From the NCBI GenBank assembly GCA_964291415.2, contig OZ219917.1, positions 640,001 to 704,000 on the forward strand: DNA of 64,000 nt. Direction: 5' to 3'. This document shows, piece after piece, positions 48,047 to 57,556 of this stretch. The notes below the pieces were generated by a model. It worked only from the letters and a program-made list of their open reading frames with translations, was not told where the DNA came from and did no database searches. The position numbers were made by a program, and so were the translations under genes. Positions within the stretch are counted from its first letter, which is position 1. The number at the start of each line of letters is the position of its first letter. This DNA comes from Alphaproteobacteria bacterium. Lineage in GTDB: Bacteria > Pseudomonadota > Alphaproteobacteria > SP197.

Positions 48047-50496
48047 GGTCCTTGGTCCTTCAGTGAGAGATTTTCGGGGTCGAAGAGCGGCTGGTCGGGC
48101 TGCACGGTGGCCGGATAGCGGCGGCCGTACATCTCGATTTCCAGGCGGGTGCCGGGCTCAGAGCAATCGTGTCTCACCATGCCGAGCGCGATGGATTTGC
48201 CGATCCGGTGTCCCCAGCCGCCGGAGGTGGTTTCTCCGACCATGGCGTCGTCCTTCCAGATGGTGGACATGTAGGGAGCATCATAGGCACCCGCCTCGAC
48301 GGTCATGATGGCGAAGCGTTTCGCGACTCCCTGCTGGCGCTGGTTTTCCAGCGCGGGCTTGCCCCTGAAGGAGTCCTTGTCCCACTTGACGAAGCGTTCG
48401 AGGCCGCCCTCGAGAATGGTGTAGTCCGTCGACAGGTCCGCCTTCCAGGCACGGTAGCCTTTCTCCAGGCGCAGGCTGTTGAGAGCGAACATGCCGAAGG
48501 GCCTGAGATCGTGGCGCTGACCGGCTTCGAGCAGCGCATCGTAGACGGCGGGTGTGTCGGCAGCCTCGCTGTGGATCTCCCAGCCAAGCGCGCCGGCATA
48601 GGACACTCGGATCAGCAGCACGGTTGCGCCGGCGATCGTCGTCTCCTGCCAGGTGAGCCACGGAAGGGTGAGATCGGCATCGCAGAGGTCACCGATGAGG
48701 GCGCGGGCATGGGGCCCGGAGACGATCTGGCAGCACCGCCTTCCTGTCTGGTTCTCCAGGGTCAGGCAAGATCGTGCCGGCAGGTGTTTCACCAGCCAGT
48801 CGCGGTCGTGCCACTGCGCGGCGCCCGCACTGATGAGGTACATCTCGTTTTCGTCGAGACGGATGATCGAGAGTTCGGTGATGATCCTTCCGGCATCGTC
48901 GGCGAAATAGCCCAATCCCAGACGGCCGACCCGCGGCACGCCGCCCGTGATCATCTCCCGCAGCCAGTCCCGCGCCCCGTCGCCTTTCAGGTGAAACCAG
49001 GAGAAGCCCGCAAGATCGAGAACGCCCACGGCATCGCGCACGGCGAGGCATTCCTCGCGAATCCGCGGAAACCAGGGACCATCGCGCTCCCAGGTCTGCG
49101 TCGCCTCCTCGGAGGTGTCGTCTCCAGGACGGGCAAACCAGTTGGCGCGTTCCCATCCGCCATAGGCGCCCATCTGCCCCCCCATGGCCCGGATCCTGTC
49201 GTGGACCGGCGACACGCGCTTGTCGCGTCCGGCGGGCCAGGCGTGATGCGGGAAGTGCATGGCATACTCGTGGCCGTAGACCTCGATGCCCTTGGCGATG
49301 GCGTGATCCCGGTCGGCGTAGTCGGTGAATCGGCGTGGATCGCAGGACCACATGTCCCACTCGGTGGCGCCCTCGGTCACCCATTCGGCAAGCACCTTGC
49401 CGGCGCCCCCCGCCTGGGCAATGCCGAAGGTGAAGACGCAGGCCTCGAAGGCGTCCGGCACGCCCGGCATGGGACCGATCAGGGGATTGCCGTCCGGCGC
49501 ATAGGGGATTGGTCCGTTGATGGTCCGGCTGACGCCGCCCTCGGCGAGCAACGGCACCCTCGCCATGGCGTCCTCGATGTACCACGCGAGACGTTCGAGA
49601 TCCTCGGGGTAGAGCATGAAGGAGAAATCCTCCGGCATGGGATCGTCGTCGCTGATCCAGTGGGCACGGCAGTTTCTCTCGTAGGGGCCGAGATTGAGGC
49701 CGGACTTCTCCTGGCGCAGGTAGTAGCTGCTGTCGACATCCCGCAGCAGGGGAAGCTTGCGTCCGGTCCTTTCCGTGTAGGCCTTCAGTTCGGGGATGTC
49801 CCCGGTGATCATGTACTGGTGCGCCATGGCGACGACCGGCACCTCGCGGCCGAACATGGCGCCGACCTCTCCGGCACGATAACCGGCGGCATTCACCACG
49901 TACTGGCAGCGGATGTCGCCACCGGTCGTTTCCACCACCCATTCGCTGTCGCGCCGCACCCCGGTGACCGGGCAGAACCGCACGACGCTGGCGCCGAGGT
50001 CGCGCGCGCCCTTGGCCAGGGCCTGGGTCAGCTGGGCCGGATCGATGTCGCCGTCGTAGGGATCATAGAGGCCGCCGGCGAGATCGTGGGTCTCGAGATA
50101 GGGATAGAGTTCCTTCAGCTCGTCCGTCGTGCAGGTCCTGACATCCATGCCCTGGTAGCGGCCCATGCCGACCACCCTCTCGAACTCCAGCATGCGGTTG
50201 TCGGAATGCGCCAGGCGGATCGATCCGGTCACATGATAGTTCATCGGATAATCGACCGCCTCGGCGAGACCTCGGTAGAGTTCGGCCGAGTAGCGCTGCA
50301 TGTTCATGACCGACCAGCTGGCCGAGAAGGTCGGCACGTTGCCGGCGGCATGCCAGGTCGAGCCGGCGGTCAGTTCGTTCTTCTCGAGCAGCACGCAGTC
50401 GGTCCAGCCGGCGCGTGCCAGGTGATAGAGGCACGAGGCTCCCACGGCGCCGCCGCCGATGATCACCACCCGTGCGGTTCCCGGTAAGTCCGCCAT
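48043..50496 (-). CDS. GcvT-family FAD-dependent dehydrogenase (dimethylglycine dehydrogenase-like)
   Basis: IIGGGAVG, ELTAGSTWHAAG, INGPIPYAPDG, GWERANWF, SLRLEKGYRAW. Confidence 0.92.
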   Translation of the reverse strand: MADLPGTARVVIIGGGAVGASCLYHLARAGWTDCVLLEKNELTAGSTWHAAGNVPTFSASWSVMNMQRYSAELYRGLAEAVDYPMNYHVTGSIRLAHSDNRMLEFERVVGMGRYQGMDVRTCTTDELKELYPYLETHDLAGGLYDPYDGDIDPAQLTQALAKGARDLGASVVRFCPVTGVRRDSEWVVETTGGDIRCQYVVNAAGYRAGEVGAMFGREVPVVAMAHQYMITGDIPELKAYTERTGRKLPLLRDVDSSYYLRQEKSGLNLGPYERNCRAHWISDDDPMPEDFSFMLYPEDLERLAWYIEDAMARVPLLAEGGVSRTINGPIPYAPDGNPLIGPMPGVPDAFEACVFTFGIAQAGGAGKVLAEWVTEGATEWDMWSCDPRRFTDYADRDHAIAKGIEVYGHEYAMHFPHHAWPAGRDKRVSPVHDRIRAMGGQMGAYGGWERANWFARPGDDTSEEATQTWERDGPWFPRIREECLAVRDAVGVLDLAGFSWFHLKGDGARDWLREMITGGVPRVGRLGLGYFADDAGRIITELSIIRLDENEMYLISAGAAQWHDRDWLVKHLPARSCLTLENQTGRRCCQIVSGPHARALIGDLCDADLTLPWLTWQETTIAGATVLLIRVSYAGALGWEIHSEAADTPAVYDALLEAGQRHDLRPFGMFALNSLRLEKGYRAWKADLSTDYTILEGGLERFVKWDKDSFRGKPALENQRQQGVAKRFAIMTVEAGAYDAPYMSTIWKDDAMVGETTSGGWGHRIGKSIALGMVRHDCSEPGTRLEIEMYGRRYPATVQPDQPLFDPENLSLKDQGP

Positions 50497-50541
50497 CGCC
50501 ACTCCATCATCACCGGCGCCGGCCCGCAGTCTATCGACGGA
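50203..50541. repeat. Direct repeat of the dehydrogenase 5' end plus upstream region, copy in the intact gene
   Basis: Matches 58912-59250 at a constant offset of 8709 at the start, ATG and end. Confidence 0.9.
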
Positions 50542-50616
50542 AGGTATCCACCGACAAGCGCCTCCGCAGGTCGATTTTTCCAGCCAGCACCCGCAATGTC
50601 ACAGCGGCGACAGGCG

Positions 50617-50827
50617 GGATGGTTGCCGCAGTGCCGACCGCGAACATGACGGCCTTTCGTGAGCATGCCGAAGCGGCAGCGGCGGTGTTCAGGCAACACG
50701 GAGCGCTCGCGGTGATCCAGCGCTGGGGCGACGACGTTGCCGACCTCTGCCTCTTCCTGACCTCGCCGCTCGCCTGCAACACCCCGGCCAGAGCATCCTG
50801 GTCGACAGGGGCGAGTTTCTCGCGTGA
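50617..50827 (+). pseudogene. Chimeric remnant: DUF1428 (YbaA) N-terminus fused to an SDR C-terminus
   Basis: GMVAAVPTAN..FREHAEAAAAVFRQHGAL..WGDDV then DDVADLCLFLTSPL.. and frameshifted GQSILVDRG. Confidence 0.7.
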
Positions 50828-51165
50828 GAGTCTGCTGTACGAACTGGTCTCGTGAAGGGAGTCGGTGTTCCTGGTCGCGAGCACACCGGCTGACCCGGGC
50901 GCACTTGACGCCGACGGCAAAGCTCTTCGAACCGTCGATTCAGTCGTCCCTGTCGCTGCGACCAACATACTGTTGAACGGAAGTAGTGCGACCTGCCGAG
51001 CCCTGAAGTTCTTCACCACAAGTCCGCCTGTGCTTTGCCGCCGTTGGCCGATTGATTACACTTGTCGTCGACACAAACATGTTTGGGCCTGACGGCCGTG
51101 CGGGTGCTCAAGAGAGATTGGAGCCCCTTCGCAGTTTCCAACACCAACTCGAGGAGGAGTTCGTC

Positions 51166-52269
51166 ATGTCAGCGTTCAGGAAACCAATCAGGACTACCGA
51201 GGGATCAGGAATGTTGCATGGGCTGACCCGGCGTTCGACCTTGGGCGCGCTCGCCGGCGCCGCAGCGGTGCCCTTTGTGCCCTCGCTGCCCGCCCGAGCC
51301 GACGGCGAGCTCGTTGTCGGTTCCTGGGGCGGAGTATGGGACGATACCGTTCAGCGTGCTGTGATCGATCCGCTCGTTGCCGAAACCGGTGCCGATGTCA
51401 GCATCCTGCCGGGCAGCAGCACCGACCAGTTCGCCAAGCTTCTGGCCAACCGGGAGGCACCGCCGTTCGACGTTCTCTACATCGATCTTGATGTGGCACT
51501 TCCCGGCTTTGCGCGGAACATGTTCATGCCGCTGTCGGCGGACGACATACCCAATCTCGCAAACGCCTACGGCACGTCCATCTACGGAAACGGCCAGGCG
51601 GTTGCCGCGAGCTTCGGCGGCATCAGCATTGTCTACGATAGTGCGCAGATTGAATCGGTCGATTCTTGGGGAGCCTTCGCCGATCCCGCCAATGCCGGAA
51701 TGTACGCCGTGCCGGAAATCGACAGTTGGGCGCTCTACGTCGTGTCCGCCTTTGCGAAACTACGCACCGGTGACGAGAACGATTTCGATGCAGGCTGGGC
51801 CGCCATGGTCGAGGTGGCACCACAGGCCGCGCTGATGGCGTCGGATTACGACGTGCGGCAGATCTTCGAACGCGGCGAAATCGCGTTCTCGCCCATGTAC
51901 CACGGCGAAGCCTACGTCATGTACCTGGCAGGGCAGGAGACCATTCGCCTCGCCAAGCCGAAGGAAGGCATGGTGGCGGTTCCCAACATGCTCGCGATTC
52001 CCGCCAACGCCCGCAACGCGTCGCTTGCGCAACGTTTCATTCACCATGCGCTTGCGCCATCGGCCCAGACCATCTTCGCCGAAGAGTACGCGTCGGCACC
52101 GTCCGTGAGCGGGGTTTCCCTGAGCGACGAACTCGTTCCGTGGATGCCGTTCGGTGATGAGGAGATGAACGCGCTGGTCCGACCAGACTGGGATGCCATC
52201 AACAAGAGGCGCGACGAGCTGATCCAGAGGTGGAACCAGGAGATCATTCCGATCGTCGGCATGGGCTGA
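51166..52269 (+). CDS. Polyamine/opine-type ABC substrate-binding protein with Tat-like signal
   Basis: GAGGAGG RBS; LTRRSTLGALAG; LVVGSWGG, PKEG, PDW..IN..RW. Confidence 0.88.
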   Translation: MSAFRKPIRTTEGSGMLHGLTRRSTLGALAGAAAVPFVPSLPARADGELVVGSWGGVWDDTVQRAVIDPLVAETGADVSILPGSSTDQFAKLLANREAPPFDVLYIDLDVALPGFARNMFMPLSADDIPNLANAYGTSIYGNGQAVAASFGGISIVYDSAQIESVDSWGAFADPANAGMYAVPEIDSWALYVVSAFAKLRTGDENDFDAGWAAMVEVAPQAALMASDYDVRQIFERGEIAFSPMYHGEAYVMYLAGQETIRLAKPKEGMVAVPNMLAIPANARNASLAQRFIHHALAPSAQTIFAEEYASAPSVSGVSLSDELVPWMPFGDEEMNALVRPDWDAINKRRDELIQRWNQEIIPIVGMG

Positions 52270-52312
52270 ACCCGGTCGACATCGGACGCGTCTTCCGAAA
52301 GCGAGTCCGGAC

Positions 52313-53161
52313 GTGCCGAGCGTCAAGACAGGGTACGTTATCCTTCTCGGTTCGATCTTTGTCGTGTTCTTCGTCATGCCGGTCGGGTTCTTCCTGAGCG
52401 TCAGCGTTGCGCTCTATCTCGAACCCGGAATCTTCGACGATTCGTTCACGCTGGAGAACTACGCTCGGCTTGTTCGTGACGATTATGCTCTCGGCGTACT
52501 TACCGACACGCTGAGGATCAGCGCCTACGTCACCGTCCTGTGCCTGGTGCTCGGCTATCCCCTGGCGATGTTCATTGCGCGGGAGACGGGCTTCGTGCGC
52601 CGCGCAGTGATGATCGTGACCGTCGCCTCGCTGTTCACCAACCTGGTCGTCAGGACCTATGGATGGCTCGTCTTCCTGACGCCGCGGGGTCTCTTCAACA
52701 ACATGCTCCTGGATGCTGGACTGATCGAAAAGCCGTTGAGGCTGATGTTCAACGAGACCGGGGTCATCGTCGGGCTCGTCCAGATCATGCTGCCCATCCA
52801 AATCATTGTTCTCGCGGTGAGCCTGCAGGCCATTGACAAGGTGCTTGAGGACGCGGCCTCGATCGCCGGCGCCGGTAAGGTACGCATCTTCACGCGCATC
52901 ATCTGGCCGCTGAGCCTGCCAGGCGTCATCAGCGGGTCCATTCTTGTCTTCACGCTGTCGATGAGCAGCTTCATCACGCCCGAGTTTCTTGGCGGCGGCC
53001 GCGTGATGGTTCTGGGCACGCTGATTCGCCAACTGATGACACGCTCGCTCAACTATCCCTTCGCAGCGGCCGTCTCCGCAACGTTGCTGCTTCTGGCCAT
53101 TGCCATGCTCGTGAGTCTGGCATTCATCTCGCGGCGCGTGATGCGCCACCGCGCCTCGTAG
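52313..53161 (+). CDS. PotB-like ABC permease
   Basis: FTLENY, LGYPLA, VRTYGW, PLSLPG, FITPEFLGG. Confidence 0.9.
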   Translation: MPSVKTGYVILLGSIFVVFFVMPVGFFLSVSVALYLEPGIFDDSFTLENYARLVRDDYALGVLTDTLRISAYVTVLCLVLGYPLAMFIARETGFVRRAVMIVTVASLFTNLVVRTYGWLVFLTPRGLFNNMLLDAGLIEKPLRLMFNETGVIVGLVQIMLPIQIIVLAVSLQAIDKVLEDAASIAGAGKVRIFTRIIWPLSLPGVISGSILVFTLSMSSFITPEFLGGGRVMVLGTLIRQLMTRSLNYPFAAAVSATLLLLAIAMLVSLAFISRRVMRHRAS

Positions 53162-53167
53162 GCCGCG

Positions 53168-53977
53168 ATGAGACGCCTGGCACGCCTGTTCTATCTCGCT
53201 GTCATTGCGGTGATCAGCCTGTATCTGCTCTTGCCGACCCTTGTCGTTGCACTGGCTTCGGTGTCACCCACCGCCATGCTGAGCTTTCCGCCTTCGGGCT
53301 TCAGCCTCGAATGGTACGGCAACTTCCTTGCCCGGGACGAGTTTACCGAGTCCTTTGTCATCAGCGTTTTGCTTGCCGCCTTTGCGGCCCTGGTGTCGAC
53401 GGGGCTCGCGGTCGTCGCCGCAACGGGCCTGCGCCGTGTCCGCCGGCGCGCCCGTCAGTTCGTGGCCGGGCTGGCGCTCTTTCCCATCATCCTGCCAACC
53501 ATCGTCTACGGTCCCGCGCTCTTGCTGTTGTCGGGAAGCCTGGGGGCGACCCAGTCCATGTGGCTCACGCTGCTGGTGATTGCCGGCGCGCACCTCGTGC
53601 TGTCGCTGCCGTTCGCCGTCCAGATCTGCTTTACCAGCTACGACGATCTCGACCCTGCCATGGAAGAGGCCGCGGTCATCGCGGGCGCGGGCCACGGACG
53701 CGTTCTGCGCCGCATCGTGGTGCCCCTCCTGATCCCGGGCATCCTTGCCAGCCTGATGTTCGCGTTCCTGATATCCTTCGACGAGCCGGTCGTCTCGCTC
53801 TTCATGTCAAGGCACGATGTGGTGACGCTGCCGGTGCGAATTCTGACCTACATGCGGTTCCGACCGGATCCAACGATTGCCGCCATCTCGACCATCATGA
53901 GCCTGTTGGCCCTGTTGGCCATCATCGTTGTCGATCGTCAGATCGGGCTGGACCGCATCCTCGGTTTACGACGCTGA
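53168..53977 (+). CDS. PotC-like ABC permease
   Basis: FPPSGFSLEWY, EEAA..AGA, AFLISFDE, TLPV, DPTIAAIS. Confidence 0.92.
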   Translation: MRRLARLFYLAVIAVISLYLLLPTLVVALASVSPTAMLSFPPSGFSLEWYGNFLARDEFTESFVISVLLAAFAALVSTGLAVVAATGLRRVRRRARQFVAGLALFPIILPTIVYGPALLLLSGSLGATQSMWLTLLVIAGAHLVLSLPFAVQICFTSYDDLDPAMEEAAVIAGAGHGRVLRRIVVPLLIPGILASLMFAFLISFDEPVVSLFMSRHDVVTLPVRILTYMRFRPDPTIAAISTIMSLLALLAIIVVDRQIGLDRILGLRR

Positions 53978-53997
53978 ATCCAGCGGGAGAACGAGAC

Positions 53998-56253
53998 ATG
54001 AGCAAGAAGATCATCGGCTACAGCGACGAGATCAGCGTGGAGCCCGGTGATGAGATCAACTTCATGGTGAGTTGCGATCCGTCGCTGGAGCAATATCACG
54101 CCGAGATCGTGCGCGTGATCTGCGGTGATACGCAGCCGGGAGCGCCGGGCATGAAGGAACGGCCGATCGAGACACCGGTCACGGGGACCTATGACGCGCG
54201 GTTCCAGGCAATCCACCCGGGATCTCATGTGCGCGTTCCGGACGCCGCCGTGCTCGACGGCCTGGAAGACTTCACCGTCCAGGCCATGGTCTTCGCTACA
54301 CGGACCGACATTCCCTGGCAGGGCCTCATCACGCGCTACGACACGGCACGCGAGGCGGGATTCGGGCTGTTCATCGACGACGAGGGACGGCTTGCCCTGG
54401 TGGTGGGCGACGGAACGGGAGAGTGCCAGTGCCTGTCGGCTCCCTCCCCCTTGCGTCAGCGACACTGGTACTTCGTGTCGGCAACGCTCAGTACGCGAGA
54501 CGGCAGGCTCGCGCTGCACCAGGAACTCCTGAAGAACTATGGCTACCGCGGCCGAACCCAGTTCGCCGAGGCGGCGATGCGTGTCTCGCCTGTGGCCGCC
54601 GCCGCGACCCCGCTTCTGTTCGGCGCTTCGTGCCGTGGCGACGATGCCGCCGGTTTCGTGCCGACCGGCGGCTTCAACGGACGGATCGAGCGACCCGCGA
54701 TCGCCAACCGCGTGCTTGAGAGAAGCGACATGGAAACCCTGCGGTCGGGCGACGTTCCGGGACACCTGATCGATACGGTGGTTGGCCTTTGGGACTTCGC
54801 GCGCGCGATCAACTCGAACGATGTCGTCGACCTTTCACCAAACCGCCTGCACGGCACGGCAGTCAACCTTCCCATGCGCGCGATGCGCGGCCACAACTGG
54901 GAGGGCGACGTCATGGACTGGCGTCTTGCGCCTGAGCAGTACGCCGCCATCCATTTCAACGACGATGCTGTCGGCGACTGTGAATGGGACGATGATTTCT
55001 CGTTCACCGTGCCGGGCGACCTCGCTAGCGGATGGTATGCAGCCAAGCTCGTCTCAGGCGACGCTGAAGACTACCTGCCGTTCTTCGTGCGTCCGCCGCG
55101 CGACACGACGACGGCCCGACTTCTCTTCCTGGTCCCGACAGCGAGCTATCTCGCCTATGCCAACTGGCGTTTCAACTTCGAAAGCCAGGGTGCGGAGATG
55201 CTGCTGAACCACATCGCACGCATGTGCGCCGAAGAACACTACATGATCGACCACCCTGAAGTCGGACACTCGACCTACGATCTGCACAACGACGGCTCGC
55301 CGGTCTGCTACACCTCGCGGCTGCGTCCGGTGCTCAACTTCCGCCCGAAACACACGTGGCTGGAGTGTTACAGTGCCGATCTCCACCTCGTGGACTGGCT
55401 TGAAGAGAGCGGCTTCGCGTTTGACGTCGCGACCGACGAGGACCTGCATGACGAAGGCGTGGGCCTCCTCTCCGACTACGCGTGCGTTATCACCGGCAGC
55501 CACCCCGAATACCTCTCGACAGCGATGTGGGATGCGATCTACGCCTACCAGCAACGCGGCGGGCGCCTGATGTACATGGGCGGCAACGGCTTTTTCTGGC
55601 GTGTCGCCTTCCATCCGGACATGCCCGGCATGATGGAAATGCGCCGAGGCGAGGACGGGCTGCGGTCCTGGGATCACGGCGTGGGCGAGTATCACCTCTC
55701 CTTCAACGGCGAAGCCGGGGGGCACTGGGCGCGCCTTGGACGCCCTCCCAATCTCCTGGCCGGCAACGGCTTCGTGTCGCAGGGCTTTGATTTTTCGTCC
55801 TACTACCGCCGGCAAGCGGCGAGCTTCGACCCCCGCGCCGCCTTCATCTTCGAGGGGATCGGCGAAAACGAGCTGATCGGGGATTTCGGGCTCCAGGGTG
55901 GAGGTGCCGCGGGCTGGGAGATCGACCGGTTCGATCATGACCTCGGCACCCCGCCGCACGCCCTGCGCCTGGCTTCGTCGGAAGGTCACACCCTGACCTA
56001 CACCCGATCGTCGAGCGATCTGCACGGCGTGAGCGATCCCACGACCGACGATCCGGCCAATCCGATGGTGCGGTCCGACCTGGTGTTCTACGAGACACCG
56101 AATGGCGGCGCGGTCTTTTCAACGGGTTCGATCGCCTGGTGCGGATCGCTGTGCCACAACGATTACCGGAACAACGTCTCGCGACTGACCGCCAACGTTC
56201 TCCAGCGCTTTCTTGATCCCGCCCCCTTCGAGATGCCGGACGAGGCAGTATGA
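53998..56253 (+). CDS. N,N-dimethylformamidase large (beta) subunit-like protein with LamG-like insert
   Basis: IIGYSD..SV.PG..INFMVS, PTASYLAYAN, STYDLH.DG, DLHLVDWLE, TGSHPEY, YMGGNGF, GGAVFSTGSI; GGGAG RBS before ATG 53998. Confidence 0.88.
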   Translation: MSKKIIGYSDEISVEPGDEINFMVSCDPSLEQYHAEIVRVICGDTQPGAPGMKERPIETPVTGTYDARFQAIHPGSHVRVPDAAVLDGLEDFTVQAMVFATRTDIPWQGLITRYDTAREAGFGLFIDDEGRLALVVGDGTGECQCLSAPSPLRQRHWYFVSATLSTRDGRLALHQELLKNYGYRGRTQFAEAAMRVSPVAAAATPLLFGASCRGDDAAGFVPTGGFNGRIERPAIANRVLERSDMETLRSGDVPGHLIDTVVGLWDFARAINSNDVVDLSPNRLHGTAVNLPMRAMRGHNWEGDVMDWRLAPEQYAAIHFNDDAVGDCEWDDDFSFTVPGDLASGWYAAKLVSGDAEDYLPFFVRPPRDTTTARLLFLVPTASYLAYANWRFNFESQGAEMLLNHIARMCAEEHYMIDHPEVGHSTYDLHNDGSPVCYTSRLRPVLNFRPKHTWLECYSADLHLVDWLEESGFAFDVATDEDLHDEGVGLLSDYACVITGSHPEYLSTAMWDAIYAYQQRGGRLMYMGGNGFFWRVAFHPDMPGMMEMRRGEDGLRSWDHGVGEYHLSFNGEAGGHWARLGRPPNLLAGNGFVSQGFDFSSYYRRQAASFDPRAAFIFEGIGENELIGDFGLQGGGAAGWEIDRFDHDLGTPPHALRLASSEGHTLTYTRSSSDLHGVSDPTTDDPANPMVRSDLVFYETPNGGAVFSTGSIAWCGSLCHNDYRNNVSRLTANVLQRFLDPAPFEMPDEAV

Positions 56254-57326
56254 CCATGACCGAGTTACTCGTCGCGCATTCCATCACAAAGCGCTTCGGT
56301 GAGGTGACGGCGCTCGACGACCTGTCGCTGACCGTCCACGAAGGCGAAATGGTCTCGCTTCTGGGTCCAAGCGGCTGCGGCAAGACGACACTCCTGCGGG
56401 TCATGGCAGGCTTCGTCGATCCCGATCGGGGCACGATCACGATCGGCGGCTCGGTCATGAACGACGTGCCCACCGAAAAACGCAATCTGGGCATGGTGTT
56501 TCAGAGCTACAGCCTGTGGCCCCACATGACGGTTGCACGCAATGTCGGATTCGGCCTGGAGTGCCGCGGCGCGCCCGCGCGCGACATCGAAGAACGCGTC
56601 GACCGGGTGCTCGATCTGGTTGACCTCGGCGACCTGGTTGACCGGTATCCCCGCCAGCTTTCGGGTGGTCAGCAGCAGCGCGTTGCGCTCGCGCGGGCCC
56701 TGGTCTACGAGCCTGCGATCCTGCTTCTGGACGAACCGCTCTCGGCCCTCGACCGCAAGCTGCGCGAGCGCATGCAGCGCGACCTCAGGGCCCTGCAACA
56801 GAAACTCTCGATCACGGCAGTCTTCGTGACCCACGACCAGGAGGAAGCCTTGATCCTCTCCGACCGGATCGCCGTGATGTCGGAAGGCGCCATTGTTCAG
56901 ATGGGCCAGCCGCGCGAGGTGTATGAGCAGCCCGAGAGCTCTTTTGTCGCGGATTTCGTTGGCCGGACCACGCGTTTCGAGGCAACCGTGACGTCATGCC
57001 GCGATCACGAGGTGGAGATCGCAACCCGGAGCGGGCTGAAGCTGGGAGGCTATTCACCGGTCGCCCGGTCATCGGGAGACCGCGTGACCGCCGTGATTCG
57101 CCCCGAAATGATCTCGATCCTGCCCTCTGAGCCCGAACACAACGGGCACGAGGGCACGATCGAAGAAGTGTCGTATGTCGGGCCGATTACCTATTTCGCC
57201 TGTCGCCTTGCGCAGGGTGATCCAGTGGTCGTGGCGCGCATGAACAGCGAGCCGGGGTGTGATCCTCTAGAAGCGGGCCAGCCCTGCCGGCTCAGTTGGA
57301 TGTCCCAGTACCTCGTTGTCATATAG
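56250..57326 (+). CDS. PotA-like ABC ATPase
   Basis: GPSGCGKTT, LSGGQQQR, LLDEPLSALD, VTHDQEEA. Confidence 0.95.
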   Translation: MTMTELLVAHSITKRFGEVTALDDLSLTVHEGEMVSLLGPSGCGKTTLLRVMAGFVDPDRGTITIGGSVMNDVPTEKRNLGMVFQSYSLWPHMTVARNVGFGLECRGAPARDIEERVDRVLDLVDLGDLVDRYPRQLSGGQQQRVALARALVYEPAILLLDEPLSALDRKLRERMQRDLRALQQKLSITAVFVTHDQEEALILSDRIAVMSEGAIVQMGQPREVYEQPESSFVADFVGRTTRFEATVTSCRDHEVEIATRSGLKLGGYSPVARSSGDRVTAVIRPEMISILPSEPEHNGHEGTIEEVSYVGPITYFACRLAQGDPVVVARMNSEPGCDPLEAGQPCRLSWMSQYLVVI

Positions 57327-57556
57327 CTGCGCCGCGAGTTTGGGGAGCAATCGCTCGGCACGGGCTCCCGGACTCCTTGAGCGTGCCCAAGACTCACAAA
57401 GGCGATCTCCAGTTCGGGCATGCAGAACCTGAAATTCGTCTCTCTCGCACTCGAACTCTTGAACATGATCCGCCTCCCTGGCGCGGTGACGCGACCGCAG
57501 CATGCGTGACAAGACCGACCGTTGAATGGAAAGCGGGGCGCGACAGGAGGACAGGA

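Noticed and set aside
50860-51050. Coding-like shred upstream of the SBP, and another at 57330-57550
   Set aside because: Could be regulator remnants, but I could not assign a family
53311-53997. Apparent 229-aa N-terminal extension making a 980-aa dimethylformamidase fusion
   Set aside because: Overlaps the PotC-like permease in another frame; the real start with RBS is at 53998
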